A DNA stretch of 63,407 nucleotides, the filler included, from Folioceros fuciformis (Eukaryota), in NCBI GenBank assembly GCA_049999805.1. It is 9 parts of 9 records of this genome, joined end to end, with 100 filler letters (N's around TTAATTAATTAA, not from the genome) between each part and the next. Parts side by side here need not be neighbours in the genome. Positions count along the whole stretch, not along the records: positions 1 to 16,280 come from JBNGIO010004475.1; 8 more parts are not named here. The stretch is one strand, 5' to 3'. Positions within the stretch are counted from its first letter, which is position 1. Each line of letters starts with the position of its first letter. Positions 1-11,408 of the stretch are shown piece after piece. The position numbers and the translations under genes are program-made. Below the pieces are notes generated by a model. It was not told the DNA's origin, ran no database searches, and worked only from the letters and a program-made list of their open reading frames with translations.

Positions 1-2791
1 TGGGGGAAAGAGGGTAGCGGGGTAAGTAGACGGGACTGGCAGTTACTCTCGACTGGTGTCCTTCTGGAGCAGGAGTGTCGGAGGCTACGGCGGATGAATG
101 GACGGCCACCGAGATCCGACACATGTGCGCTGGTGCAATTTCACCTTGCTTGGTGCCATTCATGGTGGCCGGGTCCAGCCTCCGATTTTGCCAGTTATAG
201 CCTGTGGGCACAGCGCAAGACAAAGGCTCGAGAGTCCCAGTGGAGAACTCTGAAATGGATGAGAGAGGGCAAAAGCGGGCCGCTGCTCAGGATGGAGAGA
301 CTCACCGAACATATGGTTCAAGGAGAACCACTTGTAGGAGCAGACGGAGCCGTCCAAGACAACACGGAGATTGCCTTCGTCGTCCACTTCCTCGTAGCTG
401 TTCGCGGTGTGCAGCAGCCAGTACTGCTTGGGGATTTTGATGGGGACTCTCCAGTCCCGAGATGTTATTGCTTTGCTGCTGTCCTGAGCTTCATCCGTCC
501 TCGGCAGGAGAAACATGGGAGTGTGAGGCAGAGAGTCGTCCAAGCGGAGGGCGGCGATCATGGGGGAGACTCCCAGCAGCGCACCCACAGAGCCTAGGCA
601 GACGACCATCACGTCAGCACGTGATGTCCAGGGTCATGATCCTGCGACTGGATGGGGCAGATGGGGCTGCTCTTACCAGCTGGAGACATCCGTACCCGAT
701 TTGCAACAAGGATGTAGTAGCTGTCGGTTAGACCCCAATCATGAATCATGAGCTGTTCCGGCAGCACGAACTCCTTCCTCTGCTGCAATTCCAGTTCGGT
801 GTTGAACTCTGCACGCATGGGACACAGCAGGCCATAGCCACGGATCAGTGCTTATGGCAGCAGGAAAAGTGTAGAGGAATCTCCCAGCACTTGAAATGCT
901 TACCGTAAACGGTGAAGGTGCTGATGGGGAGTATCATGTCTTCCGCCCGGCAGGTGATGAGAATAAGGCGTTGTTTCTTGCTATCCACCTTCACATGAGC
1001 CAGGGTCCTCTCCACAGGCATGGCATACATCCCTGAAAGCGGCGGCAATGGTAATTGTCAAGCATGGGCAAGGTCGATTGCATGCATTAGCAGAAAACTC
1101 GAGGTGGATGCGGACAAAAATGGGCCCTGGCGAATGTCGGATGACCAGAGCGCTAACTGGATGCACAGAACTCTAAGTGGATGCACGGCCGTGAGGACAA
1201 ACAACGGTTGTGGCACAGGTGACTGGTGAAGGAGGCGACCATGGAGCCAAGGCAAGCCACGCCACGCCACACCGCTCCCCGCGCCTACCTACCGTTCAGT
1301 ATGGGCTGTAGCATTTTGGCCGTGAAAGAAACTCCGACGATGTGGAGGGCAACGGCGATCTGGTGAGGAGTCATGGCATCGTTCCAAAGGCGTTGCACTT
1401 CTCCCGCAACCCGCCTCAGTCTTTCCAGTGGGTGCTCCGATTCGTCAGAGTGCACAGCCTCATGCTGGTGGAAAGATTTAGAGGGGTCGATTTCGTTCCC
1501 GAAGTTGGAAGTGATGCTGCCAGGAGTGCAGGCCCATGGTGAGCGACAAGAGGACCGTGCTCAACCGGTGTGCGTCAGGTACGTGCGGGATGGCCTTGCA
1601 CGCAAATGGTGGTGTTACCTGAGCAAGCCGACGGTGTCCAAGGAAGCGGGATGCACTTCGTAAGGCTCGCCGCCTTCCCAAAAGCACATGAGCTTGCCTC
1701 CCCACTTGAGCACGCTGGTGTTGGCCGTGTTCTTCATCACCTTGGTGTTCCCCAAACGCGACCCTCCCTTGAGCACGGAGAAGGGCCCTCTGTACACGAA
1801 CCTCCACTCATCGCTACATGTGTCGTATTCCGACATTTTTGCCTCCGTGTCGATGTACCTGCCATGGCCACGGCTCCCGCGGCATGAGCGTCCTCGTCCT
1901 CGTCAGGTGGCGGAGAGTGACAGACTGGAGGAAGGACATACTGGCATAGTGGATGGAAAGCGGCAACAAACCTGGCCGAATACTCAGCTGCCCCATCCCG
2001 GACGCTGAACTTCCTGAGGTAGCCGTGGCCATCGAGCGGGTGGATGCAGGAGCCGTGGTCATCGCTAAAGATTCCTGGGCCACACAAGTAATAGTCCCCC
2101 GCCAGATCCTGCGGGAGGCTCCCCTGCACCAGAGCCAGCCGGAAAGGCGTCCTCACCTCCTGCCGCTGCGACTTGAAGAGAAACTGGTAATCCCAGAACG
2201 CGTTCGCCTCCCCCGGCATGTTATCGATGTCGGCCCTGCACTCCTGGGGCTCTGATTCTGCCGGCACCCAATCGCACAGGACGTCAAGAAACGTGCATGG
2301 CGAGCGTCATGCCAGATGCTTGTAGCTTGAATCAACCTCAAGCTTTCTTGAGAACCGTGTATTACCTTGCGCCGGGTCTGGATCCAGCACTCCGTCATCC
2401 TGTCTGCGTCGAGGGGGTCCTANNNNNNNNNNNNNNNNNNNNNNNNNNNNNNNNNNNNNNNNNNNNNNNNNNNNNNNNNNNNNNNNNNNNNNNNNNNNNN
2501 NNNNNNNNNNNNNNNNNNNNNNGCCTTCACCAAAACGGGAGACCACGGATCTGGTCCGCCTCCCTCCCCCGCGCCTGCACCGGGGCTCGTCCTCGTGAGT
2601 ACGGTACGCGGCGACTCCGCGGACACGATCCCGTTCACGGAGAAGCCCAGCCCGTCGGCACACCCCAAGCGTGGGCTACCGGACGAGCTGCAAGGGCTGG
2701 ATCCGGAGGATGCGCTGCTGGAGCGTGGTGACATGGACGGAGGCAGCAGCCCTCCAGGTCCGCGCAGCAGCGCTCTGGGCGACACCTCCAT
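1..2791 (-). CDS. CCD7: Carotenoid cleavage dioxygenase 7 (strigolactone pathway, MAX3/D17 family); 3' end runs off the window
   Basis: Spliced model with consistent GT-AG phases: 2791-2366 (spans N gap; Ser-rich transit-peptide-like N-terminus), 2257-1972, 1858-1619, ~1517-1293, 1032-904, 808-677, 593-306, 201-<1. Motifs AFWDYQFLF, GPGIFSDDHGSCIHPLDGHGYLR, RGPFSVLKGG, WEGGEPYE, LMIHDW, WLLHTAN, GYNWQNRRLDP match CCD7. Confidence 0.93.
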
Positions 2792-4506
2792 GACTAACTC
2801 CACCAACGTGTAGAATGAATGAGTGAATGACGCAATGGTGGGACTGAGCAGCCCGGTGCGGCTCAGGTCACGGTTTCATGCTTCCCGCTTCACCGGTTCC
2901 TCGCTGCCCAGCTCCAGCCTCCGGACTCTCAAGCTCCGATTACGAGCTGTCAGGCCTCATTCATGTGAACATTCAGGCTGGGTTCCGGCCGCTGCAGCCC
3001 TCCGTGTGTAGGCTTACATATACACGTCGTAGCTGCGGAACAGCTTCTGTAACTGTTGCTGCAAAGAAGAGGCCACAGTTTGGGATCCTAAGAAGATTCC
3101 AGAAGCGGAAGTCGTGTCGGTCTCGTTGTACCCAGGCCCCACTGTTGCGCCAAGAATCTGTGGCTGCATTTCTGGCTACTCTCCGGGACTCTTCCAGATG
3201 TCAAGCGCATCCTGTTGATAATTCCGGGGGGGGCAAGCCTCAAGGCGACAAACCAGGCCTGGACTTGATGCGCGCTCTACCTCTAGTGTCGGATTCTCTG
3301 CCTGCAATTGCGATCTCGGGGGACACAATCGTGTAAAGTCAGAGGCCAAAACAGATCTCAAACACCCCAGCTTTTATCTGGCGAGGCTTGTTTACCTTCC
3401 CTGTCTCTGCTGGACACACATTACCTAGGTTGATCTTCAAGTCTGAGCATCCTCCAGGACGTGGCCCCCCACACGGAACTGTTGCTTCGCCTTGTCCACA
3501 TGTGATGCTCATACAAAATGGTTGCATCCCCCATGTAAGGAGCCATCAGCTATCCAGCACCACACGTCTCTCTCCCTTCTCTCGAGGTTTAACGGATTTG
3601 GTATTGTAAATTATCTGATCGGGGGAGACGCAATTGTTTTGGGACAAAATGCTTTCCGGCTCGTGTTGGACTCGAGGTTGCATCCACACCAAGCTGTCCT
3701 CCCTTCCCAAGGAGCTCCCATCAGCCCGCTTAGTCTAGCTGCTCTGCTTCTTCTTCTTAATAATGCTCTTCAACACAGCCATTCCTTGCTCAACTCCATC
3801 TCAACTTCTCCTCACGCAAACTCAACCGTCACTTCTCTTGTATGCTTTCCATGATCCTTGGTAGCAATGCACTGCAATGCAAGGATTATGCCCTAACCAA
3901 CCAACGAATGGATCAGATCAAGAGAACTTCAAAATGGTTCCCCGGTTGCCAGCTAGGGCAGAAGAAGGGCCTGCGCCACCTGCTATGCGGTTCGCCAATC
4001 CACCAGATACTGTATCTGCAACGTAGCATGGGACAACTCCCGTCGGCATCCAGCGTCTTGGTATCTTGGTTGACGTGCGTGAGCATCTAACACCTATATA
4101 GTCGTCTCCGCCTTCCTCAAGGCGGATCTAACTTGGGAGAATCGGCATTTTCTTACCGTGTTCGTGTACTGTAACTCAGAATGGTGCCGGGTGCAACCTT
4201 TTAGGGATTCAGTGTAAAGCTTAGTCAGATGGCGGAGCAACGCATGCACAGGAGCCTGCTCCGTTTGTCCGCACGGCAGCCCGCTCCGTTTGTCGGCACG
4301 CCTTCCCTGCCTGCGGCCGTGTCACACATTGCTCTGGCGTCGCCACTTGCAGGATACCTTTCTTACTGCACACATTTTTCTAACACTTGAATTGCGCTGC
4401 TCTACTCTACGTCTCAGCCAGTAGCAACAAAACGACGAGCAAACTCTTGTGTCGATCATCCATCCAGTCCAGCAGCTCCTTGCTGTGGCTATCGTTCGCG
4501 AGGTCC

Positions 4507-4515
4507 AAACCCTAA
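4507..4515 (+). promoter_or_regulatory. Telo-box (AAACCCTAA) upstream of the C2orf69-like gene
   Basis: Exact motif ~360 bp upstream of ATG 4873; a short motif that could be chance. Confidence 0.3.
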
Positions 4516-4872
4516 TTTGGTCGTGGCTAGGAAGATACTTTTCTGACATTCTGTGAACATGACCTGTGTGAACGGCATGCATGCAAGATCTGCTCTATCT
4601 TCGTTGCGATCATTTATGCCCTCACGAAAGGAATACTTCTAGCTGAGGTGCGGACAACAAAGAAGCGGCGGAGACTCGAGCAAATCATCTCGAGTGTAAT
4701 GGCTGCCGTATCTGCCGTGCCGTTACGAGGGCATAGAAGGCGCTTGTTACAATTTGTGATGCTGAGCGCTAAGTACATACCTACGTTGTACATAGGTTTA
4801 TTGATAATCTGTGTTCAGCGAGGGTTTATGATGTGAGTATTGGTCGCTGCACAAGCACGAAATAAGGACAAG

Positions 4873-6043
4873 ATGGGGGAGCGATGGAAGGGATTGCTGC
4901 ACGCCTACTGCAACAACAGCCGCAGCAGAGTCATGGCCTCGCTTTGCTGCTCACCGTCAAGGGCATCTCTCCTTGTCAGCTGTCTCACCCCGCCTGACGT
5001 CTCCTTTAAGCTTCGCGTGCTCTATAGGGCGAGGCACGTAACTTAGTACTGATGGTAACTGCAGATGCCTGCCAGCAACGCTATCTTCCTCGTAGGAGAC
5101 AAGGTGGAAAACACTGGCGATGGCGTAATTGATCGGCTATCTCAGCTTGACAACATCGCAGCAATTGTCGTTTCCAAACTAGGTCCGACGGTGAATGCGT
5201 GGGTGGTAGAGCCGTGTCACCACTTTCGCAATGTCTACGGGTGTTACGACAACCTCATGCCGGCTTTGACGGCGGTGGGTGACCCCATCGGCTATCGCCC
5301 TGAGGGGTTTCCAGCCGCCACTGGACTGATGTGTTTGCAGATGGATTGTCTTGCACAGGTGGGTGTCTGTTGCCGTCTTACTTGTGACGCACTCAACAGG
5401 CTTCACCGTATTGATGCTTACCATGAACCGCGCCCATGGTGGTTTGCTTCAGGTGAAAGCAGAGTTGGGCCGGGGAAAGTCAGCGCAACAGAATGCGACT
5501 GTGGAGGATGCCCAAGCCGGGACACAGGAGGGAAAGCCTCCTCGCACTGTCCTGTTCGGATTCAGCAAGGGCGGAATTGTTCTTAATCAGCTGCTTGCAG
5601 AGCTGGCTTATGCAAGAGAGCATGCCCCCACCTCACACCCGAACACTAGTCCCTCGCTTACATCCGACTCCGGGGACCAGTTGCTGCCTTCAACAGTGGG
5701 GCAATTCCTCAACAGCATCGAGGAGGTGCACTATGTGGATGTGGGTCTCAACTGCAGAGGTGCTTACCAGACTGATGCTCAGGTTTTGGAAACAGTCGCC
5801 AAGGCTGCAAGCACCATGCCTACGAGCCTTCACATAACCTTTCATGGTACTCCACGAGCATGGAAGGATCAGAGAAGGCAATGGATTGCTATGGAAAAGG
5901 ATCGGTGCATCATGCTCTTAAAGAATTTTGCAGACAAATATGGCCATGGAAAATTGCAAGTTGCGGAGAGATGGTACTTCCCTCACGACCAGCCAAGTTT
6001 GCAAATGCACTTTCAAATAATAGAGGCCCTCATACTCACATGA
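4873..6043 (+). CDS. UPF0565 / C2orf69-like protein (alpha/beta-hydrolase-like), ~328 aa
   Basis: Exons 4873-4974, 5065-5358, 5453-6043 with phase-0 GT-AG introns. Motifs FGFSKGGIVLNQL, HYVDVG, HGTPRAWKDQRRQWI, PSLQMHF. Confidence 0.85.
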
Positions 6044-6199
6044 TTCAGGCCTCCAGTGGCTGTCTCCAAAAGTCTATATGCTTCTGAAGGATCTCCTCAC
6101 CAACTTCACATGTCATGCCGCAAAGTAATACGCAAACAATATACATACCTGTGCTTCGACACCCCTCACCAAGTAGGTTGAGCAGTTCAGAAGCTGCTC

Positions 6200-6357
6200 G
6201 AGCATTTCAGGGTTGCTCGAATTCGGGAAAACTGTGAGTGAACACGACTCACCGAGAAGCTTGAACATTTCATTTCGGGGTTGCTCCAATTCGGGGAACC
6301 TGTGAAGAAACACGTCTCACCGAGTTGCTTGAGCATTTCAGGGTTGCTCCAATTCGA
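6200..6357. repeat. ~2.5 copies of a 63-68 bp tandem repeat between convergent genes
   Basis: CATTTC(A/G)GGGTTGCTC(G/C)AATTCG recurs at 6203, 6271 and 6334. Confidence 0.85.
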
Positions 6358-6437
6358 GCAATTACAGGCACCTGTTGGAGTCACCCTACGGGTATGCACA
6401 CTGAACACCTACACAGCTGACAGGAAAAGCACATCCA

Positions 6438-6934
6438 CTAAGCCAGCTTCCCACTGTTTGGATTGGAGGCAGGAACCAAGACATGGCGGCCCTTCGCACG
6501 CCTGCGCCTCAGGACATTGCGTCCAGTCGGTGTCTGTAGCCTAGCACGGAATCCCGAAACTCTAGCTCGGGACTTGCGGGAGCGAGACCGCTTGGTGCAA
6601 CCCAAACTGGGCTTCTTCGCCTGCACCACCAAGTGGCGTCTGATCGGCAGCACCAGCCTTTGCGCCACGAATGGCCTAAGCGAGAGGCCTGGTAGCAGGC
6701 ACCAAATGTGCGTCAGGCAGCAAGGCACAAGAATCACCAAAGCCACAAGGAGCCTAAAAATGGGGGGAAAGAGGAGGTACCTGCGAAAGAGGAAGAGGAG
6801 AAGGAGGAGACCGAAGCTGGCGCTGTGAAGGACGAACGCAGACCACACCCGCTGCTGCTCGGCGTCATTGCCGCGGACTTTGCCGAAATGGAGAGTGCGC
6901 CCAGTGCCGACGTGAGGGCCATAGCCATAGCCAT
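6438..6934 (-). CDS. RPL34: Nuclear-encoded plastid 50S ribosomal protein L34
   Basis: Exons 6934-6781 (Ser/Ala-rich transit peptide) and 6688-6438. C-terminus [40 protein letters not shown] is the bL34 signature. Confidence 0.93.
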
Positions 6935-7256
6935 CGCTGCTGCTGCTGAGGCCGCCGGGAGACTCTGGGCACCGGACCGAAGAAATGGATGAGGCTCGCC
7001 CGACTCTCTTTCGGCGGGCTGGATTAACCAGATCACATAAGTTTGATAACCGATCCTTGTCGTAAAAAATACATGTTTCTGTTTAATTTTCGACAGATTT
7101 GCCAGCCAACCTAATCCAAGCCTAAAGCCTCAGGAACCTTAAAATGAGAACTACTCGACTAAGTACCTAACGCACGCCATCCATCGATTGCAGAAGGCAA
7201 ACATCTACCCAAGTTCCTCCAGTTCGAATGATACTACAAACAAACAATCTGGGGAA

Positions 7257-8897
7257 TTACACGTTTCCTCCATCCGGCACCTGCCCACGTTCTTTTTGCT
7301 TGGCTCTGTTCATACCAGAGAACCGGGGGAGTATGAGTGTTTGTAGCAGTCACATCGCAAGGGGTTGTGGCCTTGTGAGGAAGGCATGACATTCGTGTCT
7401 AGACTCCAGCACGGAGGCTACCATGCAGAGCAAAGCTGAAAGCACAACCGCTTACTTTCGAGACGAAGCAGAGAGACGAACATAGTGCCGAGTTGCAGGG
7501 ACTTCTTCTGGCACCCGTTCCCCTGAAATGAAATAACCACAATCATTCAGCACAAACCGTGTGTCAAGTGATCACCATGTACGGTCGAGATGGGGAGTGC
7601 ATGTACCAGCAGGAGCTTGCGGGCTCACAGACAAGCTTAGGTCGGCTGCTGCGGTTGTCTGGACGGTGGTTTGAGAGGAAGTGGATGCAAACTGAGAAGA
7701 AGACAACTTTCTTCGCTTGCTTGTGTAAGTGGTTTCAAAGTCTTCCTGGAAGCTTTCACCATTTTCCTGCATGACAAATGACACAGCCACGCAATCGTCA
7801 AGGTTGGTTTTATTAATGCAGAGGAACAATGTAGGAGGCGGTGAAGTACAAGATGGTTTTAGACCGAGTCAGACTTTACTCTTTCGAGTGCTAAGGCGGT
7901 TGACAAGGCAGTTGCACGTTTCCTTTCTGACTAACACAACACAGGCAATGGATTGTGTGTCAAAGCAGAGCCTCGTTTGCCAAGTGATAATCTCACAATA
8001 GACACTGGTTCCGATGACAGGATTTACCAACCTGCTGATAGTGCGATGGATTGACTCCGGAAAGCTAGGTAGAGGTCCTGGACGATGAAACCCATGGCAT
8101 CCTTGGCTGAAGGGCCCCCAAACTTGGTGAGTGGCACAGATATCTTGATGGATGCTTTGGTCTTCTGTGCCACAGCCTTGGCTGAATTTGCACCCACAAA
8201 CACAACTGCAACTTGTGTAGTTAACATCCTGTGTGAAATCACTGGCGCTCGGTCATCCACACAAGACTACCACTCTCTAAACTCTACTGCTCGGAGTTAG
8301 TAGTTGAGAAAGCACCATGGCCACCAACTGCGCTCGAAGCTCCACCAAGCGAAATCTTCACGTTCTCCGATGAAAATGCCTCTCGAAAGTAAGCGAGAAA
8401 TTCACGCATTGAGCCAGCCATCTCCACCTCCGCTTTCTGCAGAATCCCACCATACTTAGCAATAGAAGTGCCCTGCCAGAGGGAAGCAAACGCCAGAGAC
8501 AAGGCGATACCGGAATTCAGGAGGCTCACCAATTCTTCAAGCTGCTGCACCNNNNNNNNNNNNNNNNNNNNNNNNNNNNNNNNNNNNNNNNNNNNNNNNN
8601 NNNNNNNNNNNNNNNNNNNNNNNNNNNNNNNNNNNNNNNNNNNNNNNNNNNCACCAATTCTTCAAGCTGCTGCACCGTCCTCGTAGCATGCCATGTGTTG
8701 GAGTGGAAATCCGTGGCCAGGAACCGCAGGTGCGTGGCGTCGATCGGCTTCAGTGAGAAGATGAAAGGCAACAAAGCGTAGGGCAACGGCGTGTCCAGAT
8801 GCTGTCCCTGAGCTTGTCCATACACCGGCTCGAAATTCGTAAAATCCCACAACGTGCTCACGATCCTACCGTCCTTCTTCAGTTGTCGAGGGTCCAT
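7257..8897 (-). CDS. PAXX: At5g64010-like protein (recalled as plant PAXX, XRCC4-superfamily NHEJ factor)
   Basis: Seven-exon phase-consistent model: 8897-8530 (N gap flanks overlap), 8436-8316, 8205-8032, 7926-7880, 7766-7607, 7522-7456, 7305-7257. Motifs FEPVYG, TDFHSNTW, QLEEL, GSMREFLAY, SENVK, AQKTK..KISVPLTK, DAM..LYLAFRS, then a coiled coil and basic tail. Family assigned from memory; last two exons less certain. Confidence 0.7.
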
Positions 8898-9277
8898 GGT
8901 GCTTTTACTGGGTACACGAAGGTGCCATCCCTACCCGATCAACACCGGCAGAGTCTCCAAAATCGGTCGGTCGCCTTCAACACCAAACAAGTGTGCTGTG
9001 CTGCGCTGTGGCCCTCCTAGCTAGTTTGCAACTGTGTCTTTCCTTCATGTGCGATAGGGCGCATCGCAGCAGACGAGAAACATGGTCAATTCAGTCTGCT
9101 TGGAAAGGTGGGAACACGGGAGAACGATATCGCGTATCACAACATTTAGATACACCATCACGGAAGGAGATCTCAACTACATGCGAAATTGTCATGGACA
9201 TTAAAGGCAATGTCTGCGCGTTGTGAGGCGTACGCAAACGTTGGACAAATGCGCAGTTTCCACCCTGCTGCTCAGAG

Positions 9278-11358
9278 CTACATGGGATCAATCCCATCTC
9301 CGCCAGGACTGCTCTCGTCGCCTTCCCAGGGAATTTCATGCCTGGGCGCATTATATTTCTCCCGCAATTGTCTTACGGGAATGAAGTCACCAGCAGCATC
9401 GACACCATAGAACAGGTAGTAGGTGTACGGGTGGTCGAAACGTTCCTGCAAACATCAGATTGCGATCAGATGGCCATGAGACGGAAGTTCTGCTCTCTGG
9501 TCACACACACAAAGTGTGATCTCGCGTACCAGGTCAGGTTCGGATGGTTGTGTGAGACTCTCCTCAGCCACTGCATCAAACACATACCGACGCTCCAGTG
9601 AAACACATAAAACTCTCAAAATCTCCAGACCAAAAAACTGAGTGAGGTGTTTTGACGACTACAGCACTCACCGTACGCGACCAAAACAGATGGATTGGCT
9701 TGAACATCTACTAGCACCTGCACAGTGAGCGGGTACTGGTACTTAGAAGCAGCGAAGGGGAGTTTTGAGATGGCTGGATGCCACGCTGCGCCTTTCTGTG
9801 CAAAACGTTACCTGATAAAACGGCTGATTAACCCCACCAGGGAGCCGTTCAATATCGTTTTCTTCAATCCACTCCGCAGACTCAAAACATACAGGGTCCA
9901 TCCCACAAATGACACCCCTGAAGCCTGCACACGTTTCAACGGCCCACGATGAAAACTTCGAAGTGCGATCACGTTCAGCCCACCTGCTTGGCTATACCCT
10001 TGTCATGGAGTGGCTGCAGCTTACCAAACTTCTTGTGTCGTATCTTCTGACCCAGTCGAAAGGCATACTTGATGTTCTCGTATATTCTTGCCTTTGCAGA
10101 CGCAACCAGTGCTTCTGCCTGCAACATATTCATCAAACAACTGGCAATGAAGGATGATGGTACGCAGGCAGCATCACAGTGCTACCCTGTAGGTTACAGT
10201 TGCGAGAAGAACCACAAAGCAAGCACCTCTCCTGGAATGCTTATTGATAACACGCTGAATTAGCCTGAATTCCTCAACTGGAAAAACTATCAAACAGACA
10301 GCCACACCTCAAGCTCGGCAATTTTATCCCGTAGGCGTGCAGCACCAGGATAATCTTCCTGCTCAATAGTCTTTTGTAGTTCCGTTCTATGAAGACAACA
10401 TGAAACTGTGAAAACACCTGCTGTGCAAATGCATGCATCAGATTCCACATGCGACACACCCAAATAATCAGTCAGCCAATCCCAGATAAGGAGAAAGATG
10501 ATCAGCCCCGCCAACAGATGCAATTGACATCCTCATGAGTTTCTCTTAGAACCAGCTTTCTTCTCCTTCATACTTTCGCATGCATGGCCCTGGACATCTA
10601 GATAGCCCGAGTTACTACCTGAGCTGCAAAAGCCTGATCGAGGTATCTTGCTCCTCCTCCTTCGGGGACAAAGACCCCATTTTCTCCTGCTTTTGCCGAG
10701 CCACAATCTGCTCAAACTGGTCAACGAAGCAATGTCATGCGCTGGAACACATTCTGGTAGCCGAGAAAGGCTGGTGTACATTTGTCATGCACCAGCTTCT
10801 GTACACACGACATGGTGTAAATGTGACAGACCTCTACAATTTTCTCTCGCAGGTTCTGAGCTGTCTCATATTGGTCCTGATTTAATGCCCGCTGCAATAG
10901 CGAAGAAAACCCCCGACATTACATGTACAGGCATGTGCTGAGAGGGACCGAAGAGCTGAATTGCTAGCATCCCCAGCTCATACCTGTAGGCGTCTCTCAA
11001 TCTCAAGCTGGTAAAATATTAGCATAACCTCCTCCTTCGCCAGCGGACTGTCTCCTGCGAACGCGTTCTCCTTGTCCGCCCCATTCTCCTTCCGCCGAGA
11101 ATTGGCCACCACATGAGCTCTACTTGACGAGGACCGTACTTGTAGCCAAGTAGAGAAGATGTGGCCCTTTCGGTAATGCCGGCAGACGGGAAATGCTCTG
11201 CTCTGCGAGGTAGAGGCAGTTGAAAGTCCGACATCGCTGTAGTCTTGGCAGCCTGGATACATTCTGCCCAGTGTAGCTGGAAAGTTCGCGCCCCCATCAC
11301 CACCAGGCATTCGAGACTGACATAACCTCTCCAGCGATACGGCATGAACCACCTGCAT
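9278..11358 (-). CDS. CLPF: Chloroplast Clp protease adaptor ClpF (UvrB/C motif plus YccV-like domain)
   Basis: Nine phase-consistent exons: 11358-10984, 10891-10832, 10716-10619, 10386-10308, 10118-10025, 9924-9812, 9717-9672, 9570-9530, 9445-9278. Motifs EDYPGAARLRDKI, YAFRLGQKIRHK, VICGMDPVC, NQPFYQVLVD, RFDHPY, GDFIPVRQLREKYN. Confidence 0.95.
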
Positions 11359-11408
11359 TGTCACAACGGCTGAGACCACCCTCTCCAGCGCCAAAATCGG
11401 ACGTGGTC

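Noticed and set aside
4258-4300. 18-bp near-perfect direct repeat upstream of the C2orf69-like gene
   Set aside because: Only two copies and no known motif; a common local duplication.
9091-9351. 86-aa minus-strand ORF
   Set aside because: Out-of-frame overlap with the last ClpF exon and its 3' UTR.
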